Assembly: GCA_964509365.1 (NCBI GenBank) | Contig: CAZDWN010000001.1 | Coordinates: 150,966-214,965 of the forward strand | DNA: 64,000 nt | DNA from: an uncultured Pseudomonadales bacterium | Lineage (GTDB): Bacteria; Patescibacteriota; Microgenomatia; UBA1400; UBA12028 | Direction of reading: 5' to 3' | Shown here: in pieces, positions 1 through 8,948 of the stretch | How positions within the stretch are numbered: position 1 is the first letter of the stretch | Layout of the letters: every line of letters begins with the position of its first letter | Translations under genes and position numbers: made by a program | The notes under the pieces: generated by a model | The model's database searches: none | The model's input: the letters and a program-made list of their open reading frames with translations, nothing else | Told to the model about the DNA's origin: nothing

Positions 1-84
1 AAAAAACTCGTTGTACTCTTCTTTCTCATCCTTTTCTCTGTCAAGCCAGCCTTCGCACAAGGAAATACTTCAGCTCCACATCTG

Positions 85-1524
85 GTGATTAATTTTGCCA
101 TGATGAATGACTTGGATTGGGCCGCCCCAGAATCACAGTGGCAGCATGAGATGAAACCAAAAATTGAAGATCAAATTAAGACCATGCGCTCGACACTGTG
201 TTCAAATGTCCAATGTCCAATGCCAAATGCCCCAATTTTGAGTTGGTCCACGCTCATGGAGTATATGAATTTCCCCATGGATACTCCGTCCGCGGATTCT
301 GTGTATGCGGTCAAGATGCGGCGCATCCTGGAAGTTGCCGAAGATTTGGATTTTCCCGTCTTCGTCCCTCTCAACGGCTATCAATGGTGGGATCAACTCC
401 CAGAACTTTATAATTGGTGGGATTCCGACGGGACGCATACCGATCCAAAGTTTTTTGCCCGTCAAAAAAATCCAGAAGAGTTCAAAACGCGGTTTATCGC
501 TGGCTTCGATCCAGACAATCAAGCCAATGTAGAGTGGCAGTCTCCTCGCACACCGATGAAATTAGGATATCGCAATTGGGGTGGCGGTGGATTCCGTCTC
601 GCTCCCCCTCCAAATCTCCTTTCAGACAAATTTCAAAATGTGCAGCGTGCTCGACTGAAAGTCATCCTTGCCGAGATCAATAAAAAGAAGATTCAGTGGG
701 AGATGGTGGGCAAGCGAGATTTATTCGTGGGCCTGAGCATCGGGACCGAGATTTCGCTCAATGCATCAGTGACACCAGCTGATGAATTCAAACCGTATGG
801 GTTTAATAGTATTCGTACCCTCAAAGAACGGATGTCATCTGTTCAAATGACAAATGATCAATTACGTTCTGAAGCACTCAGGCAGTACTTGGAGTCAACT
901 TCACAATACGTGAATCGAAGTGGATTGGAAAAGGAAAAAATATTCACACATGTATATGGTGAAACCGATCCAGTCGACTCACATTATGCTCCGTATGCTG
1001 ATGCCGCATTTAACTTATACTCATTGCCCGGCAGTAGTTTTTACGGGCACAAAGATGATCCACTCGCTTCGGCTCAGTGGAATGCGATGCTTACGAAGTA
1101 CGGACATCCTCAATGGGGAGCGATTGAGTATAGTGACACTCCGACTGCGTCAGGGCTTCAAAGGACGTTGGCTCATGCAAGAATCATTGATATCTACAAT
1201 TGGGATTCTTTGCAAAATAATCAGGCGGCAAAGAATACGATCAAACAAGTGCTCGCTTCCGAAGTCCAAATTCCAAATGCCAAATGCCAAAATCCAATCG
1301 TACACGTCCAGCTCGGGACTACCGCACGCTTAGGAAATCCAGAAATGGATAGAGAAAACTTAAAACATGGAATCTATGTGAAATTTGAAGAAATGAACTG
1401 TGGCGCGGATACCGTACGATATTCCGCGCCACAAATTTTTTATGTTCCGTTACCAGAAGTTCCGGATACGACGCCCGCGTGGGTCAAGTGGCTACTGACT
1501 ACACGCGTGATGCTCGGCCGTTGA
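85..1524 (+). CDS. Hypothetical protein of 479 aa. The frame is open to the left window edge, and the track start at 85 is a GTG, so the true start is uncertain. It contains two heptamer-repeat-encoded motifs (QCPMPNAP and IPNAKCQNP).
   Basis: Long ORF with no recognisable catalytic motifs. The DNA carries CCAAATG-type heptamer tandem repeats at 202-229 and 1265-1299. Confidence 0.45.
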   Translation: MINFAMMNDLDWAAPESQWQHEMKPKIEDQIKTMRSTLCSNVQCPMPNAPILSWSTLMEYMNFPMDTPSADSVYAVKMRRILEVAEDLDFPVFVPLNGYQWWDQLPELYNWWDSDGTHTDPKFFARQKNPEEFKTRFIAGFDPDNQANVEWQSPRTPMKLGYRNWGGGGFRLAPPPNLLSDKFQNVQRARLKVILAEINKKKIQWEMVGKRDLFVGLSIGTEISLNASVTPADEFKPYGFNSIRTLKERMSSVQMTNDQLRSEALRQYLESTSQYVNRSGLEKEKIFTHVYGETDPVDSHYAPYADAAFNLYSLPGSSFYGHKDDPLASAQWNAMLTKYGHPQWGAIEYSDTPTASGLQRTLAHARIIDIYNWDSLQNNQAAKNTIKQVLASEVQIPNAKCQNPIVHVQLGTTARLGNPEMDRENLKHGIYVKFEEMNCGADTVRYSAPQIFYVPLPEVPDTTPAWVKWLLTTRVMLGR

Positions 1525-1828
1525 TTGCTTCAATCACAGCTGGTGTCGTCAATGATTCCAAAATTGCACCTGCAATTGAATAGCTAACCTTTCCTTCTTC
1601 ATCCAGACGATGAAGCACTTCAACATCATCCTTTCCCACATGAATTTTTGCGGACTCCAATCGCTTGGATTTGACTGCTTCAATTGCCAATGCAACTTGC
1701 GTAGCCAATGTTGTTCCTTCAACCATATACTCTCCTATCCCCACCCAACACTCTCCCCATATTGAATGGCTTGGTAAACTAAAAATTGGTTTGGGAGAAA
1801 AAGAAAGTATACCCAAAGAAAAGGTCAA
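1499..1828 (-). CDS. Small hypothetical protein, possibly in the MTH1187/YkoF-like (UPF0045) family. A start at the internal Met (MVEGTTLATQ, near 1726) is more plausible than the track start.
   Basis: The C-terminal 75 aa (MVEGTTLATQVALAIEAVKS...KVSYSIAGAILE) weakly resemble the MTH1187/YkoF fold family. The ORF overlaps the end of the 85..1524 ORF in a convergent arrangement. Confidence 0.3.
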   Translation of the reverse strand: MTFSLGILSFSPKPIFSLPSHSIWGECWVGIGEYMVEGTTLATQVALAIEAVKSKRLESAKIHVGKDDVEVLHRLDEEGKVSYSIAGAILESLTTPAVIEAINGRASRV

Positions 1829-1918
1829 AACAATTCTGTGATCTTGATGACGATTTTGGTATACTAGAAAGTTAGAACCAGAAAATCAAAGTTATTGCTG
1901 AATAATTCAATTTCAGCA

Positions 1919-1975
1919 CGCAGGGATGCCCCGGGTAGTCCCGAGCGAGCCGAGTACTGCAAATTGCGATTACGA
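1919..1975. repeat. Intergenic repeat family A, copy 1 (about 57 nt; consensus CGCAGGGATGCCCCGGGTASTCCCGAGCGAGCCGAGYACTKCAAATTG).
   Basis: About 90% identical to 10796..10852. Both copies lie in intergenic regions next to gene 3' ends. Confidence 0.7.
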
Positions 1976-1982
1976 AGCAATG

Positions 1983-3620
1983 TTATTTCTCATACTTCTC
2001 TTTCCACGCTTGAAAGACTCTTAACGCAATTGGCGCCCCATCTTTACTTCCTTCCAGGAAAGGTCGCTCAGTGCTTGATTCCAAAAACACCGTAATGACG
2101 ACTTTGGGATCTTTTTGAGGGTAAAACATCGTAAACCAACCGTGAGTTTTTTTTCTTCCTTGCGCATCCTCGCCGCCAAATTCTGCCGTCCCTGTCTTAC
2201 AGGCGACCTTATGATCCGCGTCAAGCGTTTCATTGAGTGGGAAAAATGGATAGGCCGTCCCGCCGGTGCTACATGCTTGGACCATTCCTTCGATGATCGT
2301 GTCAAAATAGTCGTGAGCCAGATCGATGTCAGTGCAAGATTCATCGCGCTCAAAAAGGAGCGTCATCGGGCACCAAGAGCCTCTTCGAGCAATTGTGGCG
2401 GTCATGTTCGCAACTTGCGCAGGAGACGCAAGAATATACCCTTGTCCGATCCCCATATTGTACGTATCGCCGGTGTACCATTTCTCTCCGATCTTTTTTT
2501 CCTTCCAGGCACTATTTGGGAGTAGCCCCATACTCTCGGCAGATATTTCGATGCCAGTCGGTTTTCCATATCCAAACTCCCCTGCAACGGTATCTATTTT
2601 GTCAGGTCCGACTGTCGCTGCAGTTTTGTAAAAATAGATGTCATTACTTCTCGCAATTGCTCGCACGAGCGAGATGGTGCCTTCTTTTTTCCCATATTGT
2701 CGCCAATACCAGTTTCCGAATACTTGTTGTCCCAGTTTGATCTCTCCTTCGTCATCCACCGTCGTGTCTTTGGTGATTGTTTTTGCGTTGAGTGCCGTGA
2801 GTGCTGTCATTAGCTTGAACGTGCTTCCCGGAGGATACGATGAAAGTGCGCGATTGAGGAGTGGTTTTCGAGGATCTTTGAGTGCCGCGGATAACGAAGC
2901 GACGCTGTACGACGGGCTACTCGTCAGCACGAGGACTTGACCAGTCGGCACGTCACTGACGACGACTGCTCCCAAGTTACCAGCAAGTACGTCTGACGCA
3001 ACCACTGAGAGATCCAAATCGATCGAGAGTTTGACGTTCTTCCCTACTTGAGCTTGCGACTCTTGGACGATGCTTCGCTGCGGGACACCTTTCGCTGAGA
3101 TCTCCAAGACTTCTCTCCCAGCGACGCCAGCGAGCTGCGATTCAAAGGTGCGTTCGAGTCCAGTGCGTCCGACTCGGATCTGCGTCGGTCTCCCTGACGG
3201 ACCGATGTCTGAGATGTACCCTGTATAGCCGACGAGATGGCTTATGGAAGGATTGACGATATCCCCTCGCTGCGTGCGAACGAAGACACTACTCGGACTC
3301 GCGACCATGGCTCGCTGAGCCAGGTCAGCAGTGAGTTCCGGAAGTGACCATTCGTTGCCAAAGAGCAACTGACTCGAGCTTGTCGCAATGTAGTAATGAG
3401 GCACATTCGTCGTCAAGACTTTGTCATATCGATCGAGGATCATCCCGCGAGTTGCAGGGATTGGGATGCGAAAGAGTCGATTCTCGTCAGATCGTTCGCG
3501 ATATTTTTCTCCTTGCAGGAGCATAAGATCGACGACTCTTCCCATGCCGAGGCAAAAAGAGATCACACACAAACAAATTATCCACCAGAGCGCTGAATTT
3601 CGTTTCCGTTCAAATTGCAT
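1983..3620 (-). CDS. mrdA: Penicillin-binding protein 2 / peptidoglycan D,D-transpeptidase (PBP2 or FtsI class).
   Basis: It has an N-terminal TM anchor and the SxxK (STFK), SxN (SND) and KTG (KTGTAE) active-site motifs of class B PBPs. It is the last gene of the mreB-mreC-mreD operon. Confidence 0.85.
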   Translation of the reverse strand: MQFERKRNSALWWIICLCVISFCLGMGRVVDLMLLQGEKYRERSDENRLFRIPIPATRGMILDRYDKVLTTNVPHYYIATSSSQLLFGNEWSLPELTADLAQRAMVASPSSVFVRTQRGDIVNPSISHLVGYTGYISDIGPSGRPTQIRVGRTGLERTFESQLAGVAGREVLEISAKGVPQRSIVQESQAQVGKNVKLSIDLDLSVVASDVLAGNLGAVVVSDVPTGQVLVLTSSPSYSVASLSAALKDPRKPLLNRALSSYPPGSTFKLMTALTALNAKTITKDTTVDDEGEIKLGQQVFGNWYWRQYGKKEGTISLVRAIARSNDIYFYKTAATVGPDKIDTVAGEFGYGKPTGIEISAESMGLLPNSAWKEKKIGEKWYTGDTYNMGIGQGYILASPAQVANMTATIARRGSWCPMTLLFERDESCTDIDLAHDYFDTIIEGMVQACSTGGTAYPFFPLNETLDADHKVACKTGTAEFGGEDAQGRKKTHGWFTMFYPQKDPKVVITVFLESSTERPFLEGSKDGAPIALRVFQAWKEKYEK

Positions 3621-4008
3621 TGCCTATCTCCTCTACGTTTGGACTTTCAAATCTGAGAATGCCGAAAACGACGACAATGATACACGTCAGGACGATGTTG
3701 CTGTGAGAAAGAAATGCGAGCACTATTCCTTCTATCAAGAGGATACCGACACGAAGTGGCCACTGATGAGGGAGGACGCGTTTGATGGCGCTGGTGAGAC
3801 CGCACACGAGCGCCGTGAGTCCTAAAGGAAGTCCAAGACAGATGTCGACAAATACCGTGCTGAGTAGCAGCGGCGCGATTGGCATACTTGGTGTACATAG
3901 AACAGTCGAAAAATATATCCAGGAGATAGGAACCCCCTCCACTTGGCGTTCGACCAAGGCGAGACCAAGACCAATCAGTAGCGAGAGATATGTTCGAGGT
4001 ATATTCAT
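3610..4008 (-). CDS. mreD: Rod shape-determining protein MreD-like polytopic membrane protein.
   Basis: A 132-aa protein with 4-5 predicted TM helices, positioned between mreC and the PBP2 gene as in canonical mreBCD-mrdA operons. The call rests on position and hydrophobicity only. Confidence 0.45.
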   Translation of the reverse strand: MNIPRTYLSLLIGLGLALVERQVEGVPISWIYFSTVLCTPSMPIAPLLLSTVFVDICLGLPLGLTALVCGLTSAIKRVLPHQWPLRVGILLIEGIVLAFLSHSNIVLTCIIVVVFGILRFESPNVEEIGNAI

Positions 4009-4009
4009 A

Positions 4010-4819
4010 TTATTCTTGACTCAATACGAGAGAGACAACATCACCGATTCTCGGGATTGCGATCGCTTGCACTTGCGCACTCGTGATGCTCTGAGCGATT
4101 TGCGTATCGATACTCGTCACGGTAGCGACGGGATGCGCGATGCGCGAATGCACTCCATCGGGAACCGAGACGATTACATCACCGATGTGCACATTATCGA
4201 TTTTCTTTTGAAACTGAATTGTTGGACTATTCCCTTGCCCATGAAGGATAGCTGTGGATTGTGATTGCTGATGCATGACGAGTAACGGTTCTCGTGATGT
4301 CAAAATCGGCTCAAAGAAGCTATAGGTCCCACGCACATCTCTGATCACTCCGACAAATGCGCTTCCAAGAAGTACGATATCGCCGTTCTGGACATGATCG
4401 TTTGCACCTGCAAGCACGATCCATTGACCAGCAGCAAATGAGACAGTCGATGATCGGATCTTTTCTTCAGACGCATTCGATGGATTGCGTATCATCGCAC
4501 TGACACTTGCTTGCATCAACGTACTCTGACACGAGACAATCGCGGCAGAAAGTTCTCGATTTCTTTTTTCAAGTTCGAGTATATTTTTCTGGTTTGCGTG
4601 TTCTGCCAAAAAGGTTGAGTTCACCAACGACACGACACTTTGCGGATGCGATTGCAAAGTATCGAGCGTGACAAGGATGCGAGTGCGGCCACTATCGACG
4701 TACTCACGCACCGGGGACATTTGCGTCACCAAGAGCAAGGGTAGCCCAAAACCAAGTGTAATGTAGAGTTGTGTAGTTCGCATAAGAAATTGACTACTGT
4801 AGTGACGAAGCCGTTCCAA
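4010..4819 (-). CDS. mreC: Rod shape-determining protein MreC.
   Basis: N-terminal TM segment, a coiled-coil region (ELEKRNRELSAA) and a C-terminal beta-rich domain. It lies directly downstream of the mreB-like gene with overlapping ends. Confidence 0.6.
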   Translation of the reverse strand: MERLRHYSSQFLMRTTQLYITLGFGLPLLLVTQMSPVREYVDSGRTRILVTLDTLQSHPQSVVSLVNSTFLAEHANQKNILELEKRNRELSAAIVSCQSTLMQASVSAMIRNPSNASEEKIRSSTVSFAAGQWIVLAGANDHVQNGDIVLLGSAFVGVIRDVRGTYSFFEPILTSREPLLVMHQQSQSTAILHGQGNSPTIQFQKKIDNVHIGDVIVSVPDGVHSRIAHPVATVTSIDTQIAQSITSAQVQAIAIPRIGDVVSLVLSQE

Positions 4820-5795
4820 GGACGGAAGCGACCGTTGGTCGACTGACCAAAGACATCGGTGTCCCTAGCAATGATTCGAGTGAGTCTTTCGCTTGAGTAA
4901 AGAGGCTCAAGCCACCACTCAAATACAAGCGCTCTGGACTCTGCCCAGGAATGAAATGAAATTCATGGGCCAAACTGTACGCAACTGCCTGCGAAATGTC
5001 CGCAAAAAACGATGTGAGCAACTCTCTCACATCTGATTCCTGCAGATTGAGTGACAATATTTCATTGGTTTCTACATGTTTTCCACGGACGACAATTGAG
5101 AACTGCATTTTCCCAAACTGCGCTTTGGTATACGCCTCTTTGAGAGACGTGCACATGCTGAGTGGGACACTCATTTTTTTTGTGACGCGGATATAGCGTA
5201 CGAGCGCTCGATCCAGTTCATCTCCACCTCGATTGAGGGTTTGGCTTGCCACCAAGACGCCGTGACTCAGTTGCGCGATCTGGATCTGCGTCGCCCCCAT
5301 ACGAATAATAAGCGATGCTTCATGTTGCGAAGATGCACCAAGCCCTACCCAAGCATCTCCGAGGATTGCCTTGCGCGACTGGAGTGGAAAGAAATGCGAA
5401 GCTCGCAAGGAATCACGAAAGAGGTCAGCGTATGGCTTGGGGAAATTGACGGCGATCACCGGGACGACTGCGTACGGAAGGAAACGTCGGAGTCGAGTCG
5501 TCGTAAACGTATCACGCATCCATAAAAGATATTCCCGACACAAGTCAACGTCGAGAGGGACTCCATCGCGAAAAAGTGAGTGCACCTGAATATCGGCCGC
5601 ACCGAGTGCCGACAGATCCATTGCCGCTTGACCAAAGGCTACAATTTTCCCACTCGTACGCGAAAGCGCGACTCTTGCAGGCTCATCAAAAATCAACTTT
5701 TTCGTAGAAGTCATTACCATCGCTCGGCTCGAGCCGATGCGAAGGATGAGTGGATGGAGAGTCGAGGTTAGGGTACGCATAAAAACACTTGCCAA
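4794..5795 (-). CDS. mreB: Divergent MreB-like actin-family ATPase.
   Basis: It shows the actin-fold signature order: a phosphate-1-like LILRIGSSRAMV, then LSGGLS...GTPMSLVSRPTVASVLG, corresponding to MreB LTGGGA...GIPV...DPLTCVARG. It is the first gene of the mreBCD-pbp2 operon. The sequence is highly diverged from E. coli MreB. Confidence 0.6.
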   Translation of the reverse strand: MASVFMRTLTSTLHPLILRIGSSRAMVMTSTKKLIFDEPARVALSRTSGKIVAFGQAAMDLSALGAADIQVHSLFRDGVPLDVDLCREYLLWMRDTFTTTRLRRFLPYAVVPVIAVNFPKPYADLFRDSLRASHFFPLQSRKAILGDAWVGLGASSQHEASLIIRMGATQIQIAQLSHGVLVASQTLNRGGDELDRALVRYIRVTKKMSVPLSMCTSLKEAYTKAQFGKMQFSIVVRGKHVETNEILSLNLQESDVRELLTSFFADISQAVAYSLAHEFHFIPGQSPERLYLSGGLSLFTQAKDSLESLLGTPMSLVSRPTVASVLGTASSLQ

Positions 5796-7999
5796 TCATA
5801 ACAGCCGATGAGACGTCCGGGTTCATCTGCACGCAATCATGGTATATCATACGAGACATGAGTAATCGAATTCAAAAGTGGCTCCCAATTCTCACGTTTC
5901 ACTTCCTTTTTCTTGCCTTACCGCTGATTTTCACTGCCTCCAGTGATGAGTTATTTGAATTTCCGAAAATTCTTGTCATCTACGGAAGCGCGATCGTTTT
6001 TTTGTTTGCATGGATATACCAATCGATTCGCAGCCGGCATTTAGAGATTCCTCGATCGCCTTTGGAGATTCCTGTTGGCGCGTTTGTATTGAGTCAAATC
6101 ATCTCTACGATAATTTCTCTAAATATCCATACTTCGTTGTTTGGATATTATTCTCGCTTCAACGGTGGACTGCTCTCAGTCTTCTCCTATGTCATCATTT
6201 TCTATGCAGCCCAACTTTGGATTCGCAAAGAAAATGCACTCAAGATGCTCGTAAGCCTACTTATCGGTGGAGCCTTGGCCGCGCTATACGCCTTTCCTGA
6301 GCACTTTGGTCACTCTCCGAGCTGCTATCTCATTACTGGCCAATTTACTGCTGATTGTTGGATTCAAGACGTCCAGACTCGTGTCTTTGGGACGTTGGGC
6401 CAGCCAAACTGGCTAGCGGCAATGATGGTGGTGTTGATGCCACTGACGATGGCATTCATTCAAAATTCAAAATTCAAAATTCAAAAAACACTTTGGACTT
6501 TTGTATTTATCTTGTTCTCACTCGTCCTTATCTATACAAAATCTCGTTCAGGCATTTTTGGTGCAGGGCTCGCACTGACGATGCAACTCTTTTTTACAGT
6601 TCTTTTTAATTTTCGATCAAAGTTTATTCAAAAAAACAATTTTCAATTCATTCTTCCCACCGTACTACTCGCCACTTTCTGCTTGCTACTCTTGTTCATT
6701 GCAAATCCTGTCCGTGACAAGCTCGAACAATTGATTCATCTCCCTACACTTTCAAAAACTACTACTGTCACATCGGCCCCGACAGTTGGGACCCAACTCG
6801 ACACTGGCGGATCAGAATCTGGCGATATTCGAAAGATTGTGTGGAGCGGTGCACTCAAAGTGTGGGTTCGCTATCCGATTTTTGGATCTGGAGTCGAGAC
6901 ATTTGCCTACTCCTACTACAAAGATCGCCCTCGCGAGCACAACATGCTCTCGGAATGGGATTTCCTGTACAACAAAGCACACAATGAATTCCTCAATTAT
7001 TTAGCGACGACTGGAGCGGTTGGATTGATGACCTATGTGCTCATGTACGGAAGCTTCATTGTTTTCCCAGTGTTCTGTGTATTGAAAGAAATGAAACAGG
7101 AGAGCTCCGAATCTCTTGCTACTCGCTACGTACTCCTTGCTACTTCATCCTCGCTTGCGGGCTTAGCAGTAAGTAATTTTTTTGGGTTCTCGACCGTCGT
7201 CGTCTCGATGTACACATTTGTGCTCCCAGCTCTCGTGATTGTGTTGAGTGAAAAAGGACACATACTCACCGTCCCGCTATCGCTACTCTTGCGAAAGAAA
7301 ATTATTGGCCAAATACTTTTGGTCGCAACACTCGTCTCTTGTCTCTCGTCTCTCATCTCTGTCTATCGTATGTACTCAATCGATGTCGACTATGCTGCGA
7401 GCAAGGCCATGATTGCACATCAAGATGTAGAGACTGGAGTTGCACTACTGCAAAGTGTGGTTGACTCGGCTCCGGATGAACCAGTCTACCGAGATGAACT
7501 GGCATATACCGCCGCTCGTCTCTCCTATGCATTGGGAAGTACTGGCGATAGTACCAGTGCCGCAAAGTTTGCGCAGGCGGCAATCGATAATAGTGATGAA
7601 GTCCTCACTCAAAATCATGCAAACGTCAATTTCTACAAGACTCGCGCTCGCATTTTCACTTTGCTTGGTCAGTTAAGCCCGGTGTTTTACAAGCAAGCGA
7701 TCGATACACTGACGCATGCGCGTGACCTCTCTCCGACAGATCCGAAGCTCACCTACAACATGGCAATTGTCGCAAACGCCCAAGGAGACAACGGTGCGTA
7801 TGAGCAGGCCCTTCGCGAGACGCTCACACTCCGACCGATTGACGTTCAAGCGCGATTAGATCTGGCAAAGTTGTATGAAAACGAGAAACGAACTGATGAT
7901 GCCAAGCGCGAATATGGTGAGGTGCTAAAATTAGATCCAAGCAACAAAGAAGTGAAGGATCGGATAGCATCACTGTCAGCGACACCGAAGAAAAAGTAA
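5789..7999 (+). CDS. Polytopic membrane protein with an O-antigen ligase (Wzy_C)-like domain and C-terminal TPR repeats.
   Basis: About 10 TM helices and the central NEFLNYLATTG motif typical of O-antigen ligase/WaaL-like proteins. The C-terminal ~200 aa are TPR-like helical repeats. It contains a perfect (TCAAAAT)x3-4 heptamer repeat at 6460-6487. Confidence 0.55.
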   Translation: MPIITADETSGFICTQSWYIIRDMSNRIQKWLPILTFHFLFLALPLIFTASSDELFEFPKILVIYGSAIVFLFAWIYQSIRSRHLEIPRSPLEIPVGAFVLSQIISTIISLNIHTSLFGYYSRFNGGLLSVFSYVIIFYAAQLWIRKENALKMLVSLLIGGALAALYAFPEHFGHSPSCYLITGQFTADCWIQDVQTRVFGTLGQPNWLAAMMVVLMPLTMAFIQNSKFKIQKTLWTFVFILFSLVLIYTKSRSGIFGAGLALTMQLFFTVLFNFRSKFIQKNNFQFILPTVLLATFCLLLLFIANPVRDKLEQLIHLPTLSKTTTVTSAPTVGTQLDTGGSESGDIRKIVWSGALKVWVRYPIFGSGVETFAYSYYKDRPREHNMLSEWDFLYNKAHNEFLNYLATTGAVGLMTYVLMYGSFIVFPVFCVLKEMKQESSESLATRYVLLATSSSLAGLAVSNFFGFSTVVVSMYTFVLPALVIVLSEKGHILTVPLSLLLRKKIIGQILLVATLVSCLSSLISVYRMYSIDVDYAASKAMIAHQDVETGVALLQSVVDSAPDEPVYRDELAYTAARLSYALGSTGDSTSAAKFAQAAIDNSDEVLTQNHANVNFYKTRARIFTLLGQLSPVFYKQAIDTLTHARDLSPTDPKLTYNMAIVANAQGDNGAYEQALRETLTLRPIDVQARLDLAKLYENEKRTDDAKREYGEVLKLDPSNKEVKDRIASLSATPKKK

Positions 8000-8001
8000 G
8001 T

Positions 8002-8595
8002 ATGATCAAACCATTAGTATTAGTCCCAAATCAGACATTGCGTCTTCCTTCAAAAGATGTCGTTTTTGATAAGAAGCTCACTGAACTTATTGACTCACTG
8101 ACCTCGACGTTATTTGCGAAGTCGGATCCAAAAGGAGTGGGCCTTTCTGCCCCGCAAATTGGGAAAAATCAAAATGTGTTCGTCACTTGGTTGGCCAGAA
8201 ATCCTGAAGACGATCCGACGCCTGAAGATCTGAAAGTATTTATCAATCCGACGATCATCGATCATTCCAAAGAGACGACGTATGGAGCAGACGCCGAAGA
8301 TCCGATTCTGGAGGGGTGTCTGTCGATACCTGGACTCTATGGCCCCGTTCCTCGGTGGGAATGGGTGAAGATCGAGTATGACTCGATCGAGCTAACAGCT
8401 AACAGCTATCAGCTATCAGCTAAGAAACGCATTGAGCGTTTCAGTGATTTTGATGCACGTGTCGTCCAGCATGAATACGATCATCTCCAGGGAGTTCTCT
8501 TTACGGATTATTCTCTCAAAATGGATCTTCCAGTCTACGAATTTGTTGGGAAGAAAATGAAAGAGATAAATAAAGATATTATCAAAGCTTTTTGA
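8002..8595 (+). CDS. def: Peptide deformylase.
   Basis: All three PDF motifs are present: GVGLSAPQIG, EGCLSIPG and QHEYDHLQG. An in-frame AGCT-heptamer tandem repeat lies at 8387-8421. Confidence 0.9.
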   Translation: MIKPLVLVPNQTLRLPSKDVVFDKKLTELIDSLTSTLFAKSDPKGVGLSAPQIGKNQNVFVTWLARNPEDDPTPEDLKVFINPTIIDHSKETTYGADAEDPILEGCLSIPGLYGPVPRWEWVKIEYDSIELTANSYQLSAKKRIERFSDFDARVVQHEYDHLQGVLFTDYSLKMDLPVYEFVGKKMKEINKDIIKAF

Positions 8596-8915
8596 AAGAG
8601 CGTATGGAAAAAATGAAGCTAGCAGAGTTAAGTGATGATGAAGTATTTCAGCTTTTGCAAAAAGTTTTCGCTTTATCTGAGAAGGATAAAAAGGCAAAAG
8701 AATTGGTGCTGCTTGCGACGCTTGAGTTGGGTAGAAGGAATCTAGAAAAAGCTCAAAGGCTACTCGCAGTTTCTGTCCCAGATAGAATACTGATTACTGT
8801 CGCCAAAATACTTGAAAACCCTTCTTTTACACACACAGTTATTCAAAGACTATTGAGAAAAAATACAGAAACTCTCAGGAGAACGGTTGGTAATCTCAAT
8901 ACGAAGAGAGAGTAA
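8592..8915 (+). CDS. Hypothetical small protein inserted between def and fmt.
   Basis: A 107-aa K/E-rich helical protein with no recognisable motifs. Its start overlaps the def stop. Confidence 0.4.
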   Translation: MKERMEKMKLAELSDDEVFQLLQKVFALSEKDKKAKELVLLATLELGRRNLEKAQRLLAVSVPDRILITVAKILENPSFTHTVIQRLLRKNTETLRRTVGNLNTKRE

Positions 8916-8948
8916 AATAAAAAATAGAAGTGAATAGAAATTCTCTGT

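Noticed and set aside
2021-2940. Multiple 100-136-aa ORFs on both strands inside the PBP2 gene (e.g. 2021..2353-, 2115..2525+, 2393..2740+)
   Set aside because: They are embedded in or antisense to a long gene with clear family motifs. They are typical spurious shadow ORFs.
8387-8421. Possible CRISPR array (tandem short repeats)
   Set aside because: Units are 7 nt with no spacers and lie inside coding sequence. No 25-40-nt repeat/spacer periodicity exists anywhere in the window, and no cas genes are present.
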